A DNA stretch of 64,000 bases, taken from contig NC_045697.1 in assembly GCF_009834535.1 (NCBI RefSeq), forward strand, positions 106,890,001 to 106,954,000, read 5' to 3'. The stretch comes from Camelus ferus (lineage: Eukaryota). The position numbers and the translations under genes were made by a program. Under the pieces are notes generated by a model that was given only the letters and a program-made list of their open reading frames with translations, searched no databases and was not told the origin of the DNA. Shown here in pieces: positions 52,446-64,000 of the stretch; within the stretch, counting starts at the first letter, position 1, and each line of letters opens with the position of its first letter.

Positions 52446-53929
52446 TGACAAAGTGGGATGTTCCTACCTTTTGAAATTTATAACCAAGTTTTCATTTGGA
52501 AATGAATGTTTATCAATTGCATTTCAATCCAGGAACGACTTGTTTTTTTGGAATAAGTACCTAGGTATATATATTAAATATTCCAAAATAACTATGTTGA
52601 TTAATTAGAAAAGAAATGATTGTACCTGATTACCTTGATTTTCCTCCCTTAGGAAACTGGTTTACACAATTAATTTCCTACTAAAGAAAAAAAAAAAATC
52701 ACAAAAGCACAAAAAAATCTTCCTAATCCACAAAGAGGCTCTGGTACTGAATACTCAGCCATCATGATTTGTTTTTATGGTATGACATTTTGTAAATGTA
52801 TTCCTGTTCCTAATTATAACTTCTTATAAAGAAAAAAAAAGAGAAAATGTTGATTCTTATCTCTTCCACGGAGGCTGTCAAAATATAAAAATCAATGTGT
52901 ATGTGTAAAATATGGATTAATGTCACTCCAAAGTCTATGCATGGTTAGACCTGTCTTCTCATCAGTCAGAATTTTAGACTAGTGGTGCAACAACAGGAAA
53001 AGTGGAGGAAAAAAAAATACCAACTTGAAAACTGATCTCTACTTTTTTTTCATCTTTAAAGAATAAATTAAACCATTACGGTAAATGAGGACTTTCTCAA
53101 TACAAGAAAATACTAAACTTTCATTGGATTTTCAGATTAAAATAAATCTGATCTTCTCAACAGACTGACAATATTATATTGTGATTATTATAAGGAAATG
53201 CTGCATATAAACGTTGATACCTTCAAGAAGACATGTTTTACATTATCCCATTCAGACTTTTTCTTTTCGAAGAGAATGATCAGAAAAATAATACAGAAGA
53301 GTGTTGACTATATTAATTTGGCTTCAGAAAGAGAATTCCCAGTGTAACATGGGAGAGAGTACCAAGTAAAATTGTAGTTTTGTATCAAAGCTACTAAAGC
53401 TTCTCTGAAAACCAGCTTTGGGGAAATTAAATGCACATAAATATGCATAAATAACTTAATACATTTTAAAGCTAGTCAGGCTATATTATCTACTTAAGAA
53501 TGACGATAAGATCTGTTTCTGTTTTAAATTAAGCTTTGCATACAATGTTTTCTTCAATTTCACAAGTTTATTTAAACAAATAGTAATGTTTGCTAAACGT
53601 GTACTATGGGAAAAGTTTCAATATAATTCTATTATAATCATTTTTCATATAGATACAGCTTATTTTATGTATGTGATGCATTCCTAAAAACATGTGTATA
53701 AACAGATATTTGAAAACAGAATCACACTGTAAACATTATAGCAGACTTTAATACTAACAGGAATGACATACTTCATAAAGGAAACAGTTTTATACATGCA
53801 AAGTACAATTTTCAAATATCTGGTATGATTATTTCACTTAAAATAATGTAGTTAATTCTAAACTCAATTATTTTTTAGGTACTAAGGTTTATTTAATTCT
53901 ATATACTTGTTATTTTATGCTTCCTTTTT

Positions 53930-54170
53930 TTTTTTAATTACAGCCATCCTAATGGGTGTGAAATGGTATCTCATTGTGGTTTTGATATGCATTTCCCTAA
54001 AATTATTAATGCTGAGCACCTTTCCATGTGCTCATTGGCCATTTGTATAACTTCTTTTGAGAACTGTCTATTCAAGTCCTTTATCCATTTTTGGATCAAG
54101 TTGTTTGGTTTTTACCGTTGAGTTTTAGGAGTTCTCTATATATTCCAGATATTAATCCCTTATCAGATAG
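53930..54170 (-). mobile_element. L1 ORF2 3' fragment
   Basis: cagccatcctaatgggtgtgaaatggtatctcattgtggttttgatatgcatttcccta...atattaatcccttatcagata. Confidence 0.9.
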
Positions 54171-55289
54171 GTAACCCTACAAATAATGCTTCCTTTTCAA
54201 ACTGAAAACTCTCTTTTAAAAGTGAAAAAGGAGACAGACAAACTTCTACAATTTCTTAGTTCTTTACACCAGGCACCAGAAATATAGAAATTAACACAAC
54301 TAAATCTTTCTATTCATGATTTCCCTTAATAGGAAACACAGAGAAGAATATGCAAAGTTATAGTAAATTATGCAATGTTTTATAAAAGAACTACACAGAG
54401 TACCAGGAAGTACAAAATTTTAGATGAAGGAAAGAGCAACAGCAAAGACACAGGAGGTGAAAGAGAACACGAAGCACTACAGGATCAGGTGACTGAAGCA
54501 CAGATGTGGGCAGAGGAGAAGAGGTGGTAATCACAGAGGCCACGGCCAGTACCTAAACACCACTGTTTGTCATGATGAAAATGTTACCCTCTGTGTTGAC
54601 ATCACTGATGACTGCTCTGACTGGGCTGTGTGAAGAAGCAGATTATATCCTGTGGCTACAGATTAAGAGTTACTCCCAAACATTTGTAATGTTAACCAAG
54701 CCGGGGCAAGAGGGTGGGCCCTGGGATAGGTAAAGAACAGAACACTTTTCCCGCGACAACAGAAAAGTGGAAGTCCCTGGATTCCATGCAAAGGAAACTG
54801 GATCTGGTGAGTGGACTGGTCCCTGCAGAAAGCAGGCAGTGATCCTCAGATCGAGACTGTGAATCACTTAGATCCTTGTACTTCTGCTACGATTGGGTAC
54901 TCAGTAGAACTTTATTTAAATACTTCACTATGGCCCAAAACGGATTTGAACGAGTTAAGAGAAACGACTATGTATATTCCTGAAATAAGTCAGCACTAAG
55001 AACAAGAAGTCTGATGTTCTGAGAACTTCAGAGTTATGTAGAAGGATGAGGGAGCAACAATTCTTGAAAGTACAGGCAGGGGACAAGCACAAAGAATGTC
55101 CAGGTGGGATCTGTGGAATATACGGACATTCTTCAGGTACTGCTAGAAATTTCTAAAGTAAGAGCTTTAAGAAAAAGATTAAACAGATGGGAGCAAGGAC
55201 TCAGTACTCCTTATACATTAAAGGAAGTATTATCCTAAATTTAAATCGGAGGAATCAGTTTCAACTCATGATATATTTCATCTTAAATT

Positions 55290-56620
55290 TTTTCCTAGGT
55301 CTCTTTAAAAGGGCCTAGAAATAATGACAAATCTGGTAGCAACAAGCACAATAGACCAAACTGGTTTTTCAGATATTATTACCCTTTAAAAAGGTTCCCG
55401 CTAGGGTTCCCTAAAGAAATAAATGATTCTAGAACTAGACCAGAAAATGTGAGGGTCAAGACAGGAGCACCTTGTTACACCAGAGAGCATGGAAGTTTTC
55501 AAAGACTACTAAGATTACATCAAAATGACTCAGGAGTAACTTGAAGAAGCTCCCCATGGTCAAGGCAGGAACAAGTGATCATTAATAAAAATATTAACTG
55601 CAGCAGAATGAAACATCAAAAATACTGTAGTCTATGAGTTCATAAAGATATATATTTTTTAATTAGGTTCCATTGGAGGGTGCTAGGAACCAATTCATTG
55701 TTTTAAAAGCTGGCATATAAAAAGAATCATTTATCCTGCCTTTCCAATCTGAGGTACTATTGAAAAGCTTAACAGCAGATGAATGGAAGTGTCTCCTTAG
55801 AGAATGATTCCCAATAATAAACGAAATAAAAGTGACAAAATTTAAATATCATGATTTTGCAATGCTTACTAAACTAATGAGTCCAGGCATTCAGTATTAA
55901 TGGCTGTTAATATGACAAAAGAAAAGTAAACTAGATATTACGTGTCCTTTGACAGAAGAATGCAAAAAACTGCCTAAGAAGCAGTCTTGCCAAAAATATC
56001 TAATGTGAATTCTCTGAACTCTGCAACCACCTACCAATTTATAAGAAATATAGAAGACTTGTTTATACCACAAAGAGGTAATAAGTGAAACCCACCGTGT
56101 GAGAAAATATACAAGACAGTGTGTTTCTTCAGCTAAAAAATCAGAAAAAAATTAAAAACAAAAGAGAAACCTACTTAAAAAGAGACTTAAGAGATGTATC
56201 AGTTGATTGCAATGTGTGGTTCTTCTCTGGATCCTGATTGGAATAAACAAACTAAATAGAATTATAAAAGTTGTAATTCAATTGGAAATGTGACACCGAC
56301 TGGGTATTTGATAATAAGAAATTATTGTTAATATTTTAAGTTTGCTAATGGTTTTATGGTTGTGCTTTAAATAGAGTTTTCAGAAGTACACATTGAAATA
56401 TTAATGAATGGAATGATATGATGTCTGGGACTTATTTCAAAGTAATAAGAGAGGGAGGGAAAGAAAATGAGAGTAAAGATAAAGTAAGAATAACTATGAG
56501 TTGATAATTATTGGAATAGAGTGATTAGTACATGAGAATGAAAATATATTATTATGCCATTTTGTCTACTTCTGTATGCACTTGAAATTCTCCATAATAA
56601 AAAGCTAAAAAGAAAAAAAG
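55290..56620 (+). mobile_element. L1MC-like long 3'UTR
   Basis: agggcctagaaataatgaca...gagcaccttgttacaccagagagca...aaaagagacttaagaga...ctggatcctgatt...gaaattctccataataaaaag. Confidence 0.8.
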
Positions 56621-56924
56621 AGATATACAACCCTATTTTTTATCACAAAATGATGATTCAGGATATTCTATTTATTAATAATCCAGGACAGAAAAGGAAA
56701 GTTCTTCAAGAATACCTGAAGACATAAGAAAATACTTAAATAAAAACCAGTATGTATGTGTATATGTATATATAATGTAATTATACCTTATTGATATGTG
56801 ATAAATTAGGGCCAATTTTCATTTTGTTATTTACACGTTTTACATTTAAAAATGCAACATACTTAAAATTAATTTATTAGAACTTGAGGGAAATGTCTTA
56901 TATGTTTTGTTAATGACTTCATTT

Positions 56925-57350
56925 CACACATTAATTGAATGGCAGGCCCTGTGCTAGGCAAGGGAGAAATAATGGTGACCAAGAACTCTATGGGGCTTAG
57001 TGAGGAAACAGGAAGAACCAAAACAAGCAGGTAGAAGAATATGTAAAATGCAGGGTATTTTAGGTGCTCTGAAAGAAACAGAGAGCAGAATATCAGGGAA
57101 GGAAGGTGGTCAGGAACGGTCCCCACGAGGAGGTGTTGCTAAAGGACTGAGAGGGTCAGCCACTCACAAGGTAGGGAGACGAACATTAATGACAGAGAAG
57201 GCAAAGCTCTGAGTTGGGCAGGGTGCGTTCTGCGTTCATAAGTCAAGAGGTATCTAAGCACCGAATTTATACAATTCAAAAGTAGGTTTAAAGGGGGTCC
57301 ATCTTGTTCTAGTGAGGAATGGATCAGAGAAGGGCAAGAGGTGGAGGGTT
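56925..57350 (-). mobile_element. L2 3' fragment
   Basis: aattgaatggcaggccctgtgctaggcaagggaga...ggtggtcaggaacggtccccacgaggaggtg. Confidence 0.6.
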
Positions 57351-57645
57351 AGGAGACATGGAGCAGTGAGGGGTGACTTGTCTTTTCAGAGGAGTATGGT
57401 GAGATGTTTCCATGATTTTCTTCATATCTTTTACCAAGTGCTAACACTGTACTATTAAATGCACATGGAGAAAAAATATAACTATTGAGTTTACCATGCA
57501 TATTAAATGTTTCAGTTTTAAATGTGAGAATAATTTTTAAAAAGTATATTAAAGTTATAATTATACTAAAATATTTTTAAATGAACTAAAAGAAAGATAA
57601 TCAAATTTATTTTTATATGCAAGATAGTATTTCTGATGAGTACTA

Positions 57646-57786
<141 letters not shown>

Positions 57787-57859
57787 TCATTCTTAATTTA
57801 GAATAATAAAATGAAATGATAAACATTTGGGAATACACTTTACAAAAATAACAAGAACA

Positions 57860-58080
57860 ACAATTTTGAGTGCTAGACATTGTTCCCAGGGCTATCCGTT
57901 CACTATTTAATTGAATTTTCACAGTAACCCTATGAAGTTATTAGTATCACACTCATTTTACAGATTAAAAAATTGAGGCACAAAAGTTTACATAACTTGC
58001 CCCAAATTATGCATCTAGTAATGGTCAAACTATGTTCAAATCCAGGTACTCTGTGCCCACATTAAGTTCTTACAAATTAT
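57860..58080 (-). mobile_element. MIR, about 90 bp upstream of an exon acceptor
   Basis: cacagtaaccctatgaag...cattttacagattaaaaaattgaggcacaaaag...taacttgccccaa...ttcaaatccagg. Confidence 0.88.
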
Positions 58081-59406
58081 ACTTAACTATTTGTATTAGT
58101 TGAATGCGTGCACCAAATTAAATAATCTCTACTAAAAAGTTTAAAAACAATTTGCAATCATAGTTTTTCAAAACCAGCATCCTTTCTCTGCCATTCATTA
58201 GCCAACCAATGAACCAACTAATCAACCAAGTTCAGGTGACTTAACCCCTGTGGGCATTCATCTGTAAAATGATGAGGCTATTCTAAATAACTCTCAAATT
58301 TCTGTGACAGCTTTCAAATTCTATGCTTCTCTGAAAATGATGGACAGCATTCTCAGTGTTGCTTACCTCATTCCTAAATACTGCCACATACTCTCCTATG
58401 TTTCTTCTAAATTAGTGACATTCAATGACACATTTAGGTCTATAAAAATATGAATAAAACAAAGGATGAGGTAGACTATCCTGTAGAAACGGCAGTTGTC
58501 TGGATACTGCCACTCCAGGGAGGCTGCAGAGTGGATGGCATCACTCTTTCAGGAGTAAAAATGTTGGTTTTTGACTCCATTTTACTAGCCTATGACGTAC
58601 TTTCATTTAGATTTAACATGAAGAGAATTTTATGGCTAAAATATAAGAGAGACAAGTACAGTAATGTTGCTGGAATTCCCTTCTTATCGTGTATGATATT
58701 CTATTGTCTCCAGTTTTTTCCAGTTCTCAAATACGTAGGGATGTCATATAAACATACAGCCAAATATTCCAGTAGCTCTCCACACAGACCCTTGGTATCT
58801 AAGCCTTCCCTACAATTAGATGTTTTTAACTTTTTTTTTTTTTCACTCTATTCATCATGGGCTTCAAGAACAGAGTTCTTCCTTGACTGACCTGGAAACA
58901 GTCCTACAAAACCTAAATAACTAGGACAATTTTAATTCAGAGGTAATGATGTCACTACATATTTCTGTTAATTTTAATTTCTGCCAGAAAAAATTACTGA
59001 ACTTAACAGCAAAAAGCAGTCTATTTTGATGCCCTTTTTCTCCTTGATTTTCTTCTTCTGATTGAGATGTTGGTAAACAGTAAAATCCTCATTCTAGCCT
59101 ATCTGCTCAAGTTTATAGTACCTACAAAAAAAAAAAAAAAAAAGAGTATGCACCTACTCATTGTGAACAGACTTCTACTAATTAAGTTAAATTCAGAATA
59201 TAGTTACTGAATGCCTACTGACTGTCTCTTGGGAAATGTGTCATGATACCATGAGAACCTGTATGTATCACAGACAATACTTTAAAAAAACATTAAATAA
59301 CAGGAGACTCTACCCTAGCTTCTAGTGCATATAAAAACCATCCAAAACAAATGATTGAGTCTTTAAAAAGAATATCCAGGGGATACATTTAAAAGACATT
59401 GTAGGC

Positions 59407-59557
59407 AGAGGGGAGGGTATAGCTCAAGCAGCAGAGTGCATGCTTAGCATGCACGAGGTCCTGGGTTCGAACTCCAGTACCTCCTCCAAAAATAAACAAA
59501 TAAACCTAATTACCCCCACCCCCTGGCCAAAAAATGAGTAAGTAAATAAAATTTTAA
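59407..59557 (+). mobile_element. tRNA-Ala-derived SINE (Vic-1 type)
   Basis: gggagggtatagctcaagcagcagagtgcatgcttagcatgcacgaggtcctgggttcgaactccagtacctcc plus tail. Perfect 16-bp TSD AAAAGACATTGTAGGC (59391-59406, 59558-59573) at a TT|AAAA L1-endonuclease site. Confidence 0.93.
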
Positions 59558-59739
59558 AAAAGACATTGTAGGCTCACTAAAAGCTATTTGAGAGCAGACC
59601 ATTTCATAAATGCTTTCCATAATTATCACTGCAATCTACAGGTTAACTGATTTACCACATGTAAAATATGTCCATTTAAACTTGCTATATAGTTTCCTGT
59701 CTCTACTACTTAAAAATCCTTTCAGTCACTAGTTATATA

Positions 59740-61030
59740 ACCCCCGCTAAAATCCATGTAACTGTTCAAACTTTCTTCATTCCTTTCCCTCAACAGACTG
59801 TGAGATGATCATCCTCCTCACTGATACATCTTAGACTTCCTCAGTGTGAGCCCTGAACTTCCAGTTCTCCTTGATACTCCCTCTTCTCCACGTCTCTAAC
59901 AGCATCTTTATTCTCTGCAAGGTGTAATTCTTCTGTCTGAGCTCCTGAACATACCTCCCTCATAACTTGAATTGTTAGATTTTCCTCTCTCTTCTTCTTT
60001 CATGGTTTCTCTCCTCTGCCTAACCCATCTCCCTTTACTATTACACAAGAAAGCTGTAATCTGTATCTAATGTTCTCATTTAATCGCCAACCATTCCGGC
60101 CTTATAATCAAACTTTTTTGCTTGTTTTGAAAATGAACTCCTATAAAGTAACCAGTAAGTTCTAAGATGCCAATGCCAAAAGCATGGCCTGTACTCATTC
60201 GTAACTCTCCCCTACCTCTCCATCACATTTGGTACAGTGGCCAAGGCCTTTCCCTCCCCCTTTCCCCTTGTGTCTCAATATGTTTGCTTTCCCTTAGTCC
60301 TCCTCCTACTAAGTCTACAACCTCTGGGATCACTCATTTTCTTCTCTCCTTTAATAATTTGCCCTCCTTTTTGTCATGCTCAAGAGCATTCCCCAGACCT
60401 TATCTCACTGCTTCCTGTATCACCTGGCTTGGTACCCTCAGCTCTCCCGGTGATTTCCTCTCCACGCAGGTGGAATTCCATGTCCTACCTCTAAGTTCCA
60501 TATCCCCTCTTTTACTTATACTCCAACAATTCCTTTTGATATCTTATCTTGCATGTCTTGCCAGCAACAGCAAAATCATCATCTTTCCATAGATTAATTC
60601 TTCCAACTTCTTTTTCCTTTAATGGCATCACACACACTTCCAGACTAGAAGCCTGGAAGTCTTTTCTGACACTTTCTTCTCATTTACCCCCTACATTCAA
60701 GTCAGCTGAATGTCAAATGGTTTGTACCTTGTACATTCTTATGTTATCTAATCCTTTGTTTTAATTCCTACTGTCGCCTAATGCAGGCCTTCATTACTTT
60801 TTACATATATTTGCTGCCTAACTTTTGCTCTCTGCCTAGACCCTCTCCACCTCAATTTATCCTTCATATTGCTTTCAACTTTACAAACAGTTCTGATATC
60901 ATTCATTTGTTCAAAAACTTACAAAACTTTCCCTGTGAATTTACTGCTAACTTTCAAACTGACAGAAAATCTTCCATAAGAAAGTCTCCAGACTACCTTT
61001 CTGGTTTTCTTTTTCATTATACCTTTATGA
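59740..61030 (+). mobile_element. Degenerate L2 body
   Basis: Long C/T-rich tract with L2-like motifs (aaagtaaccagtaagttctaagatgccaa; ttttcctttaatggcatcac; caggccttcattac; atccttcatattgct). Confidence 0.6.
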
Positions 61031-61045
61031 ATATGTATTTTATAT

Positions 61046-61046
<1 letters not shown>

Positions 61047-61086
<40 letters not shown>
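61047..61086. repeat. (CA)20 microsatellite
   Basis: Perfect dinucleotide run counted directly. Confidence 0.97.
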
Positions 61087-61089
<3 letters not shown>

Positions 61090-61136
61090 CCTACCATTAA
61101 TTGTTCTCTACCTATACTTCATTTCTTGCAATCTTT

Positions 61137-61297
61137 AAAAAATTTTTATTTATTTATTAATTTGTTTTTGTTTTTTTGGGGTGTGAATTAATTAATTGAT
61201 TGATTGATTTTTTTTTTAGAGGAGGTACTGGGGATTGAACCCAGGACCTCGTGCAAGCTAAGCATGCGCTCTACCACTGAGCTATACCCGCCACCCC
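61137..61297 (-). mobile_element. tRNA-Ala-derived SINE (Vic-1 type)
   Basis: Minus strand gggtatagctcagtggtagagcgcatgcttagcttgcacgaggtcctgggttcaatccccagtacctcc with an (AATC)n/(AAAT)n tail. Flanking repeat TGC(A/T)ATCTTT at 61127-61136 and 61298-61307. Confidence 0.92.
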
Positions 61298-62263
61298 TGC
61301 TATCTTTTAAGTTCACTTAATGCCTTCAGTTTTACACAGAATGGCTTCTAATCTCCCAGCCACCTGCTCTGCTAGCTAAAGTAGTATCTATCCTTACACA
61401 AACATGTCATGTTTCCTGACTTTTTTGTTACTCCCACCAACTGAATGAACGTGATACAATTGCAGCCTCTCTCTGCCCTTTTAATCCTCATGGAACTTCG
61501 TATCTCTTATTGAATCTGGAGGTGTCTCTTGCTCGAGAATCACAGAAATGCTCACATTCATACTTAAAATAATTTCTATGAGAGTAAACAGCATGTCTTA
61601 TTCTCCTTGTATTTCCTTTGTGCTTCAAATATAAAATGTGTCAGCCCATTGAACTGAATCTCAAATGTCTCCCAATTGTATTCCTTCCTTTCTTTCTTCT
61701 AATTTTCACATATGAAAAGTAATGACACATTTCTATTCTTTACTTTCTTTCAAAGTGAACAGTTTCCATGGATGATCATCAGTAATATTACATGATTACA
61801 GACCTTGTACAGGACCATTTAGTTTTCAGATTTTCACATATGGGTCATAATATAAATATTCCTTTACTTTAAATTTTTACCCACAGTTTTCTTTTCTCTA
61901 TGTTGTATTTCATTGTTTCATTACATGATATATTACTAATTATGTTATTAATAGGTTCTTAAAATTTTATCTGGTTTTTCATTCCTACTATTTCACAATG
62001 AATCCATTCTTCCTATGTTAAATAGTTGTAACATTTTCATTTTATATTTTTTAAAAAGTATATACCCATTTTTAATTTCTCTCAAGTAGCCAACTGTTCA
62101 TGTACAACTGTAAACTCTATTATCAAATCAGTCTTGATAAGGTATTACTGTAGTAATAATGAAAATAAAAACAGCCTATTTATACTAGTACTGAAAAGAA
62201 TCTAATCATACCACAATGAATAATTTATCACTTGAAATAAGTCAACATCTGAGCTTAAATTAC

Positions 62264-62379
62264 CTGCTATTGTGTTGAGAAACATCAAGTACTCAAAATT
62301 TGAAATCTCTCTGTGTTGCCATCGCTGGGTCATATTAGAAACTTTAAAAAGTTGACGTGGACTAGCTAATGAGATACGC
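62264..62379 (-). CDS. LRBA: LRBA coding exon (PH-BEACH linker / start of BEACH), 116 bp
   Basis: Minus strand reads ttttcttgcag|G CGT ATC...ATA GCA G|gtaatt and encodes (R)[38 protein letters not shown](G). The terminal G joins the GA at the start of the next exon to make Gly. Confidence 0.97.
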
Positions 62380-63074
62380 CTGCAAGAAAAAGAATTTGAC
62401 ATAGAATCAATTTAAACTTCAGATTAACTATATTATGATAATAAATCATGAATATCTGTGCTCATTTAAAATGGCAGCTGTATTTTTCTGAGAAGTTCTA
62501 TCCATGTTATACTAATGAATCCTAGAGATGTTTCGATTGACAATTAATGATAAAACAAATGATCTGGACTAGCGACCGGTCTACTGTCCATGTTCTGTTC
62601 ATTAAGGTAAGCTGTCATTACAAAGCCATTATAATATCTAGGCTCCATAAATGTTGATTAATAATAGTACGACTAATAATTCATACAAGACATAAAAGGA
62701 ATTCTATTAACTGAGAAATTCATATAAAATTGTATTCACATCTTTATCAATTTTAATAGTCATCTCTTAAAGACAACATATTTGTACATTATAAATTTAA
62801 ACATTACGTTTGCATACTCACTGTAACAGGGGAAAGAGGATTCTAACTCTAGGTGTTTATTCATGGGATAGGGTAAAGGTAAGAGAAACTATTTTTTTTT
62901 TATATAGCTTAATAAAAAACCAAGTTTTCTGTGTTTTGTCAAGGCAATGTAAATAACAAACGATACAACTGACCAATACCAAATAGGTGGCAGGATGAAT
63001 TATTTCATTTGGAGCCCAGAATCTCAGAGAACTATGCTGTCACAGTTCTTCTTACCAGTGAGGACAAGGTAACT

Positions 63075-64000
63075 ATTTTTTTTAAAGCTTTATTTACAAA
63101 TGGATAATTTACATACCATGAAATTTACACTTGTAGGTGTACTATTCAACTACTTTTTAAAGTAAATTTCTAGAGTTGCACAATTATCACCACAATGTAT
63201 TTCAGAATATTTTAATCACTACAAAAACTTGCTTTGTGCCTTTCTACAGTTAATCCCCATTCCTCTCCCCAGCTCTAAGCAACTATCAATCTGCTTTCTG
63301 TCTCTATAAACTTGCCTTTTCTGAACACTTAATGGAATCATACATCATGTAATCTTTCGCATCAGGCTTCTTTCACTAACTATGATGTTTTCATCCATTT
63401 GGTAGCATGTATTAACAGCTTTCTTCTTTTGATTGCTGAATAGTATTCCATTGTATGAATACAGAATATAACACATTTTTTAAATCAATTCACAAGTTAA
63501 TAAACATTTAAATTGTTCAAGTTTTTACCTGCCACGAAAAATGCTACTAGGAACATTCATGTACACTTTTTTGATGAACATTTGCTGGCATGTCTTTAGG
63601 ATAGTTTCCTAGGAGTGGAATTGCTGGGTTGTATGTTGAGTTTATATTTAGCTTTTTGAGAAAATGCCAAACAGTTTTCACTTATACATTCCAATAAGCA
63701 ATGTAGGATGCTCCAATTTTTCCACATTTCTGCCAATACTTGCTATTGTATATTTTGTCATAGCCATTCTGGTCAGTGTAAAATGGTATCTTATTATAGT
63801 TTTAATGCACACTGTTGAACATCTTTTCATGTATGTATTAGCCATGTTTATTTTGTTTGAGGAAATGACTATTGAAATGTTTCCCTCCTTCATTAGTTGG
63901 GTTGCTTCTGTCCTATTATTGAGTTACAAAAGTTCTTTATACATTCTAGATATAAGTCCTTTATTAGATACATGATGTACAAATATTTTCTCAGTCTGTG
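63075..64000 (-). mobile_element. L1 (L1MB-like) 3' end, running off the window
   Basis: agctttattt...taatttacataccatgaaattt...gattgctgaatagtattccattgtatg...cctaggagtggaattgctggg...tagccattctgg. Confidence 0.9.

Noticed and set aside
58450..58890. 146-aa plus-strand ORF
   Set aside because: No recognisable motif, runs through a poly-T tract, and has no promoter or retrocopy hallmarks.
60167..61191. Cluster of plus-strand ORFs (71-141 aa)
   Set aside because: Produced by stop-poor C/T-rich L2 sequence and the (CA)n repeat.
61219..61297. tRNA-Ala(AGC) gene (also the three similar copies)
   Set aside because: The head is tRNA-like, but each copy has the SINE body, an A-rich tail and TSDs, with stem-breaking substitutions. 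These are SINEs.

Overview
This is AT-rich mammalian genomic DNA lying entirely inside the LRBA gene (minus strand). Five coding exons with canonical AG/GT boundaries (62264-62379, 57655-57767, 35939-36079, 34804-34923, 19924-20076) splice in frame to give most of the BEACH domain ([12 protein letters not shown]...[10 protein letters not shown]). Diagnostic residues favour LRBA over its paralog NBEA. The rest is intron: LINE-1, L2, MIR, MaLR LTRs, DNA transposons, microsatellites and four tRNA-Ala-derived SINEs of the Vic-1 type, which point to a camelid genome. All other ORFs in the supplied track look spurious. I find no support for a new biological system. The best leads are a 70-nt pre-miRNA-sized hairpin, several repeat-free motif-dense candidate enhancers, an inverted SINE arrangement that could drive editing or back-splicing, a 27-bp L1 insertion with intact target-site duplications (TSDs), and a donor read-through that would truncate the protein. 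Repeat subfamily names come from remembered consensus sequences, and repeat boundaries are approximate unless TSDs are given.
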